Below are positions 16,740-26,105 of a DNA stretch of 43,819 bases, piece by piece. Below the pieces are notes generated by a model, which searched no databases, had not been told where the DNA came from, and saw only the letters and a program-made list of their open reading frames with translations. A program made the translations under genes and the position numbers. The stretch spans positions 1 to 43,819 of the IMG/VR virus record IMGVR_UViG_3300037463_000060; one strand, written 5' to 3'. This DNA comes from a virus. Its lineage: Duplodnaviria > Caudoviricetes. The first letter of the stretch is position 1. Each line of letters starts with the position of its first letter.

Positions 16740-18632
16740 TCACCCAAGCGCCAAAGAAATGGTCGCCTCGATCGCGTTGATCGTGCCGAGCGGCACCACG
16801 TAGATCGCGGCCTTCACGAGCTTCGTTCCCACGCCAGAAACCACCGAGGTCGGGTCAATGACGATGTACGCGTCCGAGCAGTGCTTTCCGGCGTACACGT
16901 CGCGCAGGGACTTCGTAATCGACGCATCGATCCGCTTCTTCTCGTTCGGGTCGATAATGACGGTCCCGGGCTTGGCGGCGACATTCTGGCCGAGCCGCGC
17001 GTCGAGCAGCTTATGGGCCGACTTCCGAACCGCATCGACCACGCGCCCGTTCTGGATCGTCTCGTAATCGCTCTCGTCGGGTGCGAGCGTGACCGCGAGC
17101 GAGGGCTGAATCCCGCTCGGGCGCGTCATGGGGGCCCACAGCCTGACCGGCGTGCACACCCCCGCGAACGACTCGTCCACCGCTCGCGGGAGCACGTCGG
17201 TCCCGTTCGCGGCGCGGATCGCCCCGCGGATGGTGCCGAAGTCGGCGGTGTTGATGGGGTTTGTCGCGAGTTTTGTGCGAGCGAGCCGAGGGGCGAGCGC
17301 GAACGAAGCCGGGCGTGCCGTGGTCGCCCCCACGACGAGCTGCGAGGGCAGGTACATCGAGGCGCAGAGGGTCAGGCGCCCGAGCCGACCCGAGGAGCTC
17401 GCGAGCGGGTGCGCGAGGGCGTACGCAGCCGCGTACGCCTGGAGGCTCTCGCCTTCGTTGCGCAGCCTGAAGTGGCCGACGATCCGCACGTCGCGATACT
17501 TCGAAGCAATGTACGCCCCGGCGTCCTCAATGGCGCTCGCCTCGCCGTTGGTCAGGACGGCCCCCGCGATCTCAAGAACGCCGTTGACAGGCACTGTCGA
17601 ATCGCCAGCCAGCTCCAGCGCCTCGACGAGCTTATCGATGTTCCAGCGCGGAGCCTTCGTCGTGAGATAGAACATGTCGCCCGCGACCACATCGCCAGCG
17701 ACGGCCGGATCGCTCGTGAGGACGTTCGCGCTGTCCACCGCGCCGTGGAGGCTGCTCGCGGTCCGGAGGGTGTGCCCCGAGTTCACCGTCGATCCGTCGC
17801 CGAAGAAGATGGCGACGAAATCCTCGATGAACTCGATCGCTGCGGCGCGCGTGGCCGGCGCGACGAGCGCGGTCAGCGCGGTCTGCGCGGTCGTGTCAGC
17901 GGCCCCGTGGATGCCCGGCGTACCGCTCACCTTCACCACGTGCGCGAGGGCGACCGTCCTAAGGTCCGCGCAGCACGTCAGGGCGGACGCGTCGTTCGTC
18001 GGGGCCGTGATGGTGTACGGGCCGGCGTCGGCGCTCCCATGCACGCTCCCCACGAGCGCCACGTGGTCGAGCACCTGGGCCCGCACATCCACGAGCCGCG
18101 CGAGGAGCAGCGGTAGCTCCTGCCCGACAAGGTTGTATTTACCCCCCCCGAACGGGAGCGTGATGGACGTGTCCGTCCCGAGCTCGCGCTCCCCGGAGTA
18201 CTTGTTCCCGTTGTCGAGGCTGTACCTGTATTTGATACCGGTGGCGCCGATCGTGCCCCCCACCGGGAATTCAATGACCGGCTGCCAGTCGTCGCCCGGC
18301 TTCACCGAGCCGTCGCCCGTCGCCGTGAACCCGGCCCCCTGGGCTTCGACGGTGATCGCCCCGTACACGCCGGCGGCCTGATCGGTCGGATCGACGCGCA
18401 GGAACGTCACCGAGTCGACCTCGTTGTTGAGCGCGTAGAGCGCGGCCTCCACCCCGTCGCCGTGGCCGAATGTGGATTTGAGGTCCGTGCTGTTCGACGT
18501 CGTGAACGGCGTGAGCGGGCCGGTGGAGGCCAGCCCGAGGACCCAAAACACCCCGTCATCCGGAGCAATGGACCCAGCGGAGAGGCCGCCGTCCCGGACC
18601 TGAATCTCGACAGAAGGGGGCGACAAACTCAT
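16740..18632 (-). CDS. Contractile tail sheath protein (DUF2586-like)
   Basis: PSVEIQVRDGGL...VLGLASTGP...FGHG at the N-terminus; SDYETIQNGRVVD...YVVPLGTINAIEATISL at the C-terminus. Confidence 0.85.
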   Translation of the reverse strand: MSLSPPSVEIQVRDGGLSAGSIAPDDGVFWVLGLASTGPLTPFTTSNSTDLKSTFGHGDGVEAALYALNNEVDSVTFLRVDPTDQAAGVYGAITVEAQGAGFTATGDGSVKPGDDWQPVIEFPVGGTIGATGIKYRYSLDNGNKYSGERELGTDTSITLPFGGGKYNLVGQELPLLLARLVDVRAQVLDHVALVGSVHGSADAGPYTITAPTNDASALTCCADLRTVALAHVVKVSGTPGIHGAADTTAQTALTALVAPATRAAAIEFIEDFVAIFFGDGSTVNSGHTLRTASSLHGAVDSANVLTSDPAVAGDVVAGDMFYLTTKAPRWNIDKLVEALELAGDSTVPVNGVLEIAGAVLTNGEASAIEDAGAYIASKYRDVRIVGHFRLRNEGESLQAYAAAYALAHPLASSSGRLGRLTLCASMYLPSQLVVGATTARPASFALAPRLARTKLATNPINTADFGTIRGAIRAANGTDVLPRAVDESFAGVCTPVRLWAPMTRPSGIQPSLAVTLAPDESDYETIQNGRVVDAVRKSAHKLLDARLGQNVAAKPGTVIIDPNEKKRIDASITKSLRDVYAGKHCSDAYIVIDPTSVVSGVGTKLVKAAIYVVPLGTINAIEATISLALG

Positions 18633-19174
18633 GATGTGACCTCGGCTGTGAGCTCAAGGGGTGGATTCTCTACGGTCGTGGGTTCGAGCTCGCGGATGGC
18701 GAAATCGATCCAGAACGTCGTTATCGACTTGGCCCCGACGTTCCTCTCCGTCGGGGTCGGAATCGCCTTCGTCCGCGCCTGATAGATGCCGGGCTGCTCA
18801 CCCGGAGCGATGTGGTTGTTCGCCCGCACGATGGCCTGGGCGTTCCTCCACATCGCCTGCCGGAGCGCGGTCAGGGCGTCGTTCTGCTTGGCGCGGTCGA
18901 TGGGCGCCGTGGTGTCGTAGGCCCAGCATTCGACAGCGACCCATTGCCGCTCAACACCGATATCAGCGGGGACCCGGTTGGCATGTCGCGGAGGGCCGAT
19001 GGTCCCGAGCTCTCCGTCGACGGTGTGCGGGACGACCACGACGCGGTTCGCGATGGGCTCGCCCTGAAGGTCTCGGCGCCCAAGAAACTCGGCCCCGAAA
19101 ACCACGCTCACGCCCGACACCTCGGCGACGAGGGCGGCCTTGAGGAGGTCGTGGAACTGGCCGACGCTCCTCAC
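18629..19174 (-). CDS. Tail terminator / completion protein
   Basis: Between morphogenesis gene and sheath; size fits; coupled start and stop. Confidence 0.55.
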   Translation of the reverse strand: MRSVGQFHDLLKAALVAEVSGVSVVFGAEFLGRRDLQGEPIANRVVVVPHTVDGELGTIGPPRHANRVPADIGVERQWVAVECWAYDTTAPIDRAKQNDALTALRQAMWRNAQAIVRANNHIAPGEQPGIYQARTKAIPTPTERNVGAKSITTFWIDFAIRELEPTTVENPPLELTAEVTS

Positions 19175-19551
19175 TTCGAGCGCTCCTTGAACGGCTTGAC
19201 GACGCCTCGGCGGATCGCGTTGCCGAGGCTCTCGTCGATCTCTTTGGGGATGATCTCGCGCGCCTCATTCCCCCTGGCGGGGTAATGATGAAAGACGTGA
19301 TGCCCGGTGAGCTCGACGACGATCGTCGTCCCGGCCACCCGCACATCGACGGCGGCAGCCGCATTCTTGAGCGGCTTTCCCCCGTCGCTCTTCCTCGGCT
19401 TCCACGCCTTGCCGCTCGGGCTCGTCCCAGCCGCGATCGTCTTGTCGAGGTGCTTCTTCACCTCCTGCGCGGCCGGCGGCAGGTACTGCGAGGGCTCAGC
19501 CAACGCTTCGACCTCCGCATGCATCGGCGCGAGGGATCCCCGGATCACCAC
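19171..19551 (-). CDS. Virion morphogenesis protein (P2 gpS / Mu gpG-like)
   Basis: TSPSGKAWKPRK...KPL...H...AREIIP motif. Confidence 0.7.
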   Translation of the reverse strand: MVIRGSLAPMHAEVEALAEPSQYLPPAAQEVKKHLDKTIAAGTSPSGKAWKPRKSDGGKPLKNAAAAVDVRVAGTTIVVELTGHHVFHHYPARGNEAREIIPKEIDESLGNAIRRGVVKPFKERSK

Positions 19552-20027
19552 CCCTCCTCATCTCGCTGCGCCTGCTGAGCGTCGAAGAACCCGTGGATGG
19601 TGACGACCGAAGCGACGAACGGGCCGCCCTTCGATACGCCGCTCAAATCGAGGTCCGCGCGCAGCGGGAGCTCCGGGTGCGCTGGCGCTTCCGGATTGGC
19701 CGCGTTCTCTATCTCCCGCGTGGCCTCACTCGCTTCGAGCGTGTTATCCGTGTCGCCCGCCTCCACCTCGCTCCCCGGGTCTCGGCGGGCGCGCATCAGG
19801 CGCGCGTCGAGGTAGGCCGTTAACCAGTCCTTGACAGCCTCGGGCGCCAGTTCGGGGAACGGCACCAGATATCGGCGCCGGAGCTTGTCGTCGATTTTCC
19901 TCGCGCTGAGGGTCCTCTCCCACACCGCGAACCTGTTGGTCAGCCCCGGGCGACCGAAGTACTCGTCTATCTCCGCGGGGTCATAGACCGAACGGTCCTT
20001 ATATTCGGCGAGGGAGAGGTACGGCAC
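19545..20027 (-). CDS. Head-tail adaptor (Mu gp36 / DUF1320-like)
   Basis: MPYLSLAEY...SARKIDDKLRRRYLVPF...PEAVK; directly after the capsid gene. Confidence 0.75.
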   Translation of the reverse strand: MPYLSLAEYKDRSVYDPAEIDEYFGRPGLTNRFAVWERTLSARKIDDKLRRRYLVPFPELAPEAVKDWLTAYLDARLMRARRDPGSEVEAGDTDNTLEASEATREIENAANPEAPAHPELPLRADLDLSGVSKGGPFVASVVTIHGFFDAQQAQRDEEGW

Positions 20028-20036
20028 AGGTAGACC

Positions 20037-21017
20037 TCAGAACGTGACCTTGTGAAGGCACATCGGCTCGCCGTACCGCATTGCGACCCGGCCGTCTTTT
20101 TGCCATTCGGTCCGATTCGACCGCCCGAGGATCACCTGATCGGCCTTCGTGTACATGCGCATTTGGATCATCTCGCGGATGACCCGAACGAACGGCGTCT
20201 CGTACGGGGAGCGCCCCATCACGCGGCACTCGACGTAATAGCTGTCCTCCATCGGGTGGTCCTGCATGAGCCGGACGCCGCCGTCCCAGCCGAAGGCATT
20301 CTTAAAGGCCTTCTGGGCGAGCACGTTCGTCCTCGAGCCGTTGATGCCGTCCGCCTGCAGGTTGCCGATGATCTCGGCGCCGAGGAGCTCCGCTCCGGCG
20401 AACTCCGTCTGGGGGTTCAGCCAGAGCCGGAACGGCCGGATATACCCGTTCGGGAGGTTGTGCGTCTTGAGCGTGCCCTTGATGTCCGCCGTCAGCGCCT
20501 TCAGGCCGGCTGGCGTGAGGTCGTACCCCGACCACAAGTTTTTATTGGTACCCTCGTCCGCGTTCATGAGGACCGGGTGGTTCGCGGAGAAGAAAGGAAC
20601 GTCGTCGTAGCCTTTAAGGACGGTGCCCTGCGCGAGGAGCTCGAGCAGGAGCACCTGCCAGAACAGCGCCTCGTAGTTCGCGATGTCGCGCGCCCACGCC
20701 GCCGCGTGATCCAGATCGTCGTCGGCGTAATCGTGGTTGTGCACTTCGAGCGAAGCCTCGTAATCGTCCGACGTGAGCTCGGCCGAGGCGTCCACCTGAT
20801 CGTCATAGCGGCGCGAAGCGCCCTCGGCGCTCTTGCGGAGGACCGCTATGCTCTGGATCCAGTTCATCACGCGCTTCCGCTTCGTGATGGTGAAATCGGA
20901 GGTCAGCTCGTCCCACCAGAGGATATTCGGGTCGGAGAGGAGTTGGTCGTACTTGTTCACCTGGACGGCCACGAGCTCGTCCTGCGTCGTAATGACGTTA
21001 TCGATGTTGAACTCCAC
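20037..21017 (-). CDS. Major capsid protein, Mu gpT-like
   Basis: GGAGG RBS and GTG at 21017; W...LRK...DYEASLEV...DYADDDL and GYDDVPFFSANHPV motifs. Confidence 0.85.
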   Translation of the reverse strand: MEFNIDNVITTQDELVAVQVNKYDQLLSDPNILWWDELTSDFTITKRKRVMNWIQSIAVLRKSAEGASRRYDDQVDASAELTSDDYEASLEVHNHDYADDDLDHAAAWARDIANYEALFWQVLLLELLAQGTVLKGYDDVPFFSANHPVLMNADEGTNKNLWSGYDLTPAGLKALTADIKGTLKTHNLPNGYIRPFRLWLNPQTEFAGAELLGAEIIGNLQADGINGSRTNVLAQKAFKNAFGWDGGVRLMQDHPMEDSYYVECRVMGRSPYETPFVRVIREMIQMRMYTKADQVILGRSNRTEWQKDGRVAMRYGEPMCLHKVTF

Positions 21018-21018
21018 C

Positions 21019-21444
21019 TCACACCTCCGACAGCGGCTCGACCGCGATTTTGCCGTCCGCCTCGATCGTCCAGACCCGCCCCGCGAGCGTCCTCGCTCCG
21101 CTCTTATCGTCCGGGGAGACCGTGTTTGCCGCCGACCAGTAGACGAGGCCGAAGACGTTCGCCGCCCCAACCGGCGCCGTCCCATCGTTCTTGAGCAGCC
21201 AGCAAAAGACCTCGCGGCCGGTGTCCACGAAGAACTTCTTCGCGCCGTTGGCGCCGCCCGTGTTGTCCACGGTGGTCCTCGCGCGGCCCAGCGGCACGAT
21301 GCCGACGGCGGCCGTGATCGTCTTGGCGTAGCCGTTGCCGCCGCTGTATGACCCGACGTGATCGCCCTTGGTGACGATCGTATTCGCGGCGATCCCGACC
21401 TCGACCTCGTAAAGGCGGCGCTTGCCGCCAAGCGTGACGTTCAT
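21019..21444 (-). CDS. Head decoration / capsid cement protein
   Basis: 141 aa between scaffold and capsid; IAANTIVTKGDHV...GR...VDNTGGANG...VYW...TV...AGRV. Confidence 0.7.
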   Translation of the reverse strand: MNVTLGGKRRLYEVEVGIAANTIVTKGDHVGSYSGGNGYAKTITAAVGIVPLGRARTTVDNTGGANGAKKFFVDTGREVFCWLLKNDGTAPVGAANVFGLVYWSAANTVSPDDKSGARTLAGRVWTIEADGKIAVEPLSEV

Positions 21445-22478
21445 TGCATTGCCTCACTTGCCAGAGGGAACTCGTTGCGCGGGTCCCAGCCGGTCGCCCG
21501 CTTCGCCCGGTACTCCTTCGGGGTCATGGACCCGAGGGTGAAATACCTCCCGCCGCCCCCCGGCTTGTCGATGATCGCGGGGCCCACCTTCGGCTCGGTG
21601 GCCTGCCCCATCGCCTTCGCGACGACCAGGCGGTCGCTCTTCTTCGAGAGCAGCTTGCTGCTGGTGTTGTTCGCCCCGCCGCGGGGCGCCTCGTCGAGGG
21701 GCGCGGCGGGCCGGGCCTGCGGCGCTCTGGGCGCGGGCGCCGGGAGCTCGATGGAGGCGATGTATTCGGCGGCCGACTCGACCGTTTTGCAGTGCGTCTT
21801 GACGTACGAGCGGTGCTTCTCGGTCAGGTCCGGCCGCGCTCCAAAGAGCACCTCCACGCTCTTCGCGTACCCCGGCTCGAGAGGCGCGACGGCTGCCGCG
21901 GCGGGCACAACCGGCTCCACCGGCAAGACTTCGGTCGCGTCGTCCGGCGCCGCACTCGCCTCGGCCAATACAGGCTCGATGAGAGCCTTGGCCTCAGGCG
22001 GCAGATCCGCCACACCCATCAGCCCCTGGCAAAGGGCCAGCAGGAGCTTCGTTGCGTCCATTTTTGATCTCTCCTTCGCCCTACTGGGCAATTGCCGAAC
22101 CGCCTTTGCGAATGATTTCGCCCGCGGTGTATTCCGAATTTTTACCATCGCCGGCGCGAGCACCTCGGCCAGGTACTCGTGGGCGTCCACCTCTCGGCCA
22201 GCCTCGAGCAGCGCGTGCATCCGGGCCCCGAGGCAGTGCACTGCCTCGTGCGCGCAGGTGTCCTGGAACTCGATTGGATTGGCGGCCGCGCGGCGAGCAT
22301 CGATCAGCACGTCCGACTTCTTCGCGCCACCATCGACCGAGTTCAGGCCGAAGAGTGGGTTACCTTCGCGGTCCCGTAGGTCGTTTACAAACTGCCACGA
22401 TACTTCCCAGCCGTTGGCCGGCGTGAGCCCGAGCAGCTCGCACCAGTACGCCATTTCCCTGTCCAGGTCCGGGATCAC
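21441..22478 (-). CDS. Putative prohead protease-scaffold fusion with HExxH metallopeptidase N-terminal domain; nested scaffold start at 22061
   Basis: GGAGGG RBS and GTGA coupling to the portal; TCAHEAVHCL and a later HEYLAE; internal GAAGGAG RBS before MDATKLL...; Ala/Pro/Glu-rich C-terminal part. Confidence 0.7.
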   Translation of the reverse strand: MIPDLDREMAYWCELLGLTPANGWEVSWQFVNDLRDREGNPLFGLNSVDGGAKKSDVLIDARRAAANPIEFQDTCAHEAVHCLGARMHALLEAGREVDAHEYLAEVLAPAMVKIRNTPRAKSFAKAVRQLPSRAKERSKMDATKLLLALCQGLMGVADLPPEAKALIEPVLAEASAAPDDATEVLPVEPVVPAAAAVAPLEPGYAKSVEVLFGARPDLTEKHRSYVKTHCKTVESAAEYIASIELPAPAPRAPQARPAAPLDEAPRGGANNTSSKLLSKKSDRLVVAKAMGQATEPKVGPAIIDKPGGGGRYFTLGSMTPKEYRAKRATGWDPRNEFPLASEAMQ

Positions 22479-24091
22479 GCCGCCCTCCGTCGCAGAGGAC
22501 GCCACGCGACCCGCCAACCCTTCGCCCCGTCCGGCCCGACCTGGACGCCGCGATCACGCTCGACGCCGCACCTGTAACATCGGCCGAAGCCGTGCTCGCA
22601 CGTCTCCATGCGATGCTCGGTCATCTCGGCGGCCAGGCGCACGGCGTGGTCGACGTCCAGCTCGTCGGGCTCGGAGATTCCTCCACTTTCCAGCGCACCG
22701 CCGTTCACGTTCTGAGCTCGGAGGCCGTCGAGGAGGGCCCGCCTCTCCTCGGCCGTGAGGGATCGTATCGCCGCGTGCGCCGCCGCCAGGGCCACGCCGC
22801 CCTCGCTCGCGACGGGGAGCCGGAAGCGGGCCCGGTACTCCTCGGGGTCCGGGCGAAGACGTGGATCTCCCGCCTTCTCGGCGGCGTCCCATTGAGCGAT
22901 AAACGCCTTCATTGCCGATTCGATGGCCTCGGCCTCGGCCTTGCGCGCCTGCGGCGGTGTGGTGTCGTATCCGAGGAGAAGGGGCGAGTCGTCCTCGATC
23001 CATCCCTCCTCGCAGCCCAGCTGGATTATCTGCGGTATGCCTTGCTCATTCAGCGTCCTTGCCAGATCCTGGGCCGTCCTGGCCACCAGATGCGACACGA
23101 TCTGCGCGAATATCTCAGCGTTCGCGAACCCGGGTCCGCCTAGCGACGTGACGATCTGCCCACAGATCCGCATCATGGCACGCCGCTCGACTTTACTCTC
23201 CGCGTCGACGAAGACCTCGCGGCCCTCGGCGCGTGGCTGAAGGAGGTCGACCTTGTGGCCCGGCGTGACGCCGGCGAAACCCATGGTCCACTGCATAACT
23301 GAGCGCCAAAATGGGATCTTCTGGTGCTCTGCCTGCCCCTGCGGCGACGTGGCAATCACGAACGGATTGCCGTATTTCATTATGAACGCGTCGCGGTGCA
23401 TGCCCGCGGCGTCCTCCGAGCACTGATCACGGCCGAGGTCCGCCCAAATGCCGCGGCCCCAAGGATCGATATGTCCGTTGCTGTGGGTCACCCACGTTCC
23501 ACCACCGGGCTCGATCGAGTATAGCTTGTTGTATCCTTGATAAACCCACCTGTTTTCGGCTACGCGGTAGCTCGACCATTGCGGGTCCAGCCGCACCAGC
23601 ATGGGCCATTTCGACCTGGGCGGGCGCACGAACACGGCGTGGCCAAAACCGTCCACAAGATGATCGATGGCCAGCTCTTCGAGCTCGGTTGGCGGGAAGA
23701 TGGTGTCGAAAAGGCCCGGCGTCTTACCCTCGCCCTCGAGCCATTGCCTACCCTGCTCGTTTCCTCGCCAGATTCGCGGAAGACGGGGCACAGAACACCG
23801 CGTGGATAGAAGTCCGCCGACGGTCAGATCGCCTCGGACCCATGCCCCTATCTGGGCAAGGTGGCGCACGTTTCCCGCGTTGGCCTCGTCCTCGGCGTCC
23901 TCGATGTCCTTCCGGAGCCACCGGGTCTGCTTTACGCCGATGGGGGATATCCGCTCGCCACGTCGGCGCCGTCTTACCTCATCCCGCGTCCGCCTCCCCG
24001 TGGGCCCGGGCGGCGCCGAGGGGGGCCGCTGGAGCACCGTCGGTGCGGCGAACGCAGAGAAGGCTCTAGATAGGCGCTCCCCGAGGCTCAT
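22475..24091 (-). CDS. Portal protein (Mu gp29 / DUF935-like)
   Basis: Follows TerL; DLTVGGLLSTR, PWGRGIW...FIMKYGNP, RICGQIVTS...GFANAE. Confidence 0.8.
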   Translation of the reverse strand: MSLGERLSRAFSAFAAPTVLQRPPSAPPGPTGRRTRDEVRRRRRGERISPIGVKQTRWLRKDIEDAEDEANAGNVRHLAQIGAWVRGDLTVGGLLSTRCSVPRLPRIWRGNEQGRQWLEGEGKTPGLFDTIFPPTELEELAIDHLVDGFGHAVFVRPPRSKWPMLVRLDPQWSSYRVAENRWVYQGYNKLYSIEPGGGTWVTHSNGHIDPWGRGIWADLGRDQCSEDAAGMHRDAFIMKYGNPFVIATSPQGQAEHQKIPFWRSVMQWTMGFAGVTPGHKVDLLQPRAEGREVFVDAESKVERRAMMRICGQIVTSLGGPGFANAEIFAQIVSHLVARTAQDLARTLNEQGIPQIIQLGCEEGWIEDDSPLLLGYDTTPPQARKAEAEAIESAMKAFIAQWDAAEKAGDPRLRPDPEEYRARFRLPVASEGGVALAAAHAAIRSLTAEERRALLDGLRAQNVNGGALESGGISEPDELDVDHAVRLAAEMTEHRMETCEHGFGRCYRCGVERDRGVQVGPDGAKGWRVAWRPLRRRAA

Positions 24092-25983
24092 TGATACCCC
24101 CAGAGCGCCTGCAGCGCGTTGTCGGCGGCGGCCATGGGGTTGAACTCAGCCACATCCGGGTCGTCTGTCTCCACCGCCGCGACTAGCGAGCGAGGCGCGG
24201 ACGCTCCCGCTTGGACCGGCTCCGGACGTTGCTCTTCGGGGGCCACGTCGTCGCCATCAACGTCGACCACCGCCAGCTTGCAGGCGTCGAGCCTATTGGG
24301 GCTCCTCCCGAGCGTCTTCCGGAGCGTGTCGTTGTCGACGTACCGAATGACCTCCCATTTCATTCCGGAGGCGCCGTAGGACACCTCGACGCGCGCCCCC
24401 ACGGTCGCCTCGATCTCCGCCTCGAGCTCGCCGTCGGGCGGTATCGCGCCGCCGGCCTTGAGCCATGCCGCGAACCCGTGGGTGAGCTCGTCCCGGCGTT
24501 TATCGAAGAGCTTTCGATTTCGCGGCGGGTGCCCGAACTGGACGCCGATGATCTCCACGTCGTCGCGCGGGTCCTTCGATGCCGCGACGTACCGCCGGAG
24601 CTCCTTCCCGAAGCGGCTGCCCTCGGGGCCGGTCTCGTCGAACACGATGCGCGGGCGGCGCTCGTGCGGCCGGCGCCGCTCCCGCACCATCCCCATAAGA
24701 ATCTCGACGCCCCGGCAGTGGTCCTCCTCGCCGAGCACCTCTGCATAGATCTGCCGGATCTTTCGCCCGCGACGCTCGGCTATGGCCAGCGGATCGCGCG
24801 CGCGCCCGACGTCGACGCCGAACTGCAGCACGCCCGTGCCGTCGTCGGAAGGCGACCATTTCGACTCGGCCTCCCTGACGACCTCGGACCCGACGAACTG
24901 CCCCTCGACGATCGCCGGCGGGATCGCGTCGACGCGCGCGCCAATGAGGTCCGTGCCTTTCCACGCGCGCAGGTTCGCCTCAATGCCATCGCGGTTTGCC
25001 ATCCCCCGCACGGGGCGGTCGTCCACCTGGTGCGGGCAATCAACCAGCCCAGGGGGCCTTTTGTCGGTGCCGCCCGGGAACCTGATCCATCGGCCGTTCT
25101 CGGTGATCGCCCCGTCGCTCCACTCGATTCGCCCTCGGCAATTCGGAGAGAGGCGGGAGCTCCGCTGGACGACCTTGGTGTACCGACCCTTCTCGCTCCC
25201 GAACGCGCGATAAAACCACCCGTGTCGGTAGAGCATATTGCCGTATGCAACGACCTTCCCGCCGCCCGACAGGTTGCCGCCGATGGTATCGCGGGTCGCG
25301 TCGTCGATATCGCTGCTCTCGTCACAATAGAAACGGACCTTCCCGGAGAGCCCGCCCTTGCCGCCGAGCTTTCTGGCCGCGTAGCCACGGACGGCCCGTC
25401 CGTCCGGCGCGTGGAGTCCGCCGGCGGAGGTCTGCGCGTCAATCCAGTCGCTCGCGCGGCCCTTCTCGGGGTGGGCCGGGTCGTTGGGCTCCGACGGGAT
25501 GAGCGGGCTGCAGTTCGAGCAGCGCTCCGGGCGGGGGGTCTCGTCCAGCGGGTCGGCCTCGACGAGGTCGCACCAGGCCTCGTGCGCGGGACGGCAAGCA
25601 GCGCACGGGTAACAGGCGCTGGTCGCCGCGATCGACAGGCGCGGCCAGATCGCCTCGTCGATCCATTCGAGCTTCGGGCCGTAAATAAACCCATTCAGCT
25701 TCGCCTCGGTCGCGAAGTCGAACAGGATAATGACGATGAGTGTCTCGGTTTTGCCCTGCTTTTGGCCGGTGCAAACTGCCATCTCGACGCGCTCGCGGGA
25801 GTAATAATCGTCGAGATCCTCTTTTTGATGGCTCGCGAGGCTGCGGATCCCGAGGACGTCGCGGGCGAACTCTACGTGGCGGCCGCGCCACGACGGCGCC
25901 GGCCACATCACCCGGGAGCGACGAGCGCCGGCGGCCCGGAGCTTGTCCCCGATCCGTCGAGCGGCTGCGGGCGCCGCCGTCAC
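24088..25983 (-). CDS. terL: Terminase large subunit
   Basis: GGAGGG RBS and GTG at 25983; Walker A CTGQKQGKT, Walker B FYCDES, YGN, nuclease FGVDVGRARD, C-terminal LGRSPNRLDA. Confidence 0.88.
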   Translation of the reverse strand: MTAAPAAARRIGDKLRAAGARRSRVMWPAPSWRGRHVEFARDVLGIRSLASHQKEDLDDYYSRERVEMAVCTGQKQGKTETLIVIILFDFATEAKLNGFIYGPKLEWIDEAIWPRLSIAATSACYPCAACRPAHEAWCDLVEADPLDETPRPERCSNCSPLIPSEPNDPAHPEKGRASDWIDAQTSAGGLHAPDGRAVRGYAARKLGGKGGLSGKVRFYCDESSDIDDATRDTIGGNLSGGGKVVAYGNMLYRHGWFYRAFGSEKGRYTKVVQRSSRLSPNCRGRIEWSDGAITENGRWIRFPGGTDKRPPGLVDCPHQVDDRPVRGMANRDGIEANLRAWKGTDLIGARVDAIPPAIVEGQFVGSEVVREAESKWSPSDDGTGVLQFGVDVGRARDPLAIAERRGRKIRQIYAEVLGEEDHCRGVEILMGMVRERRRPHERRPRIVFDETGPEGSRFGKELRRYVAASKDPRDDVEIIGVQFGHPPRNRKLFDKRRDELTHGFAAWLKAGGAIPPDGELEAEIEATVGARVEVSYGASGMKWEVIRYVDNDTLRKTLGRSPNRLDACKLAVVDVDGDDVAPEEQRPEPVQAGASAPRSLVAAVETDDPDVAEFNPMAAADNALQALWGYQ

Positions 25984-26105
25984 GCTGCCCTCCACGGCCT
26001 GACGCGCCACAGGAGTCGCCAGGTCACCCGCAGGGGGGAAAGGGTTCTCCGCTCGACGACCTCGGTCAGGCCCACGGACACGATGAACCAGATCCAGCGG
26101 ATCAA
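25980..26105 (-). CDS. Small ORF (41 aa) coupled to both TerS and TerL
   Basis: TTGA overlap with the upstream stop and GTGA overlap with terL. Confidence 0.4.
   Translation of the reverse strand: MIRWIWFIVSVGLTEVVERRTLSPLRVTWRLLWRVRPWRAA

Noticed and set aside
5755-19551. Tailocin or extracellular contractile injection system
   Set aside because: Capsid, portal, terminase and integrase are present, so this is a prophage
21441-22478. ImmA/IrrE-type repressor-cleaving protease as the role of the HExxH gene
   Set aside because: It lies ~10 kb from cI, is coupled to portal and decoration genes and is fused to a scaffold-like region; less likely, though not formally excluded
19171-24091. Mu-like transposable phage
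   Set aside because: Head genes are Mu-like, but there is no DDE transposase or MuB; it integrates via a tyrosine recombinase at a tRNA
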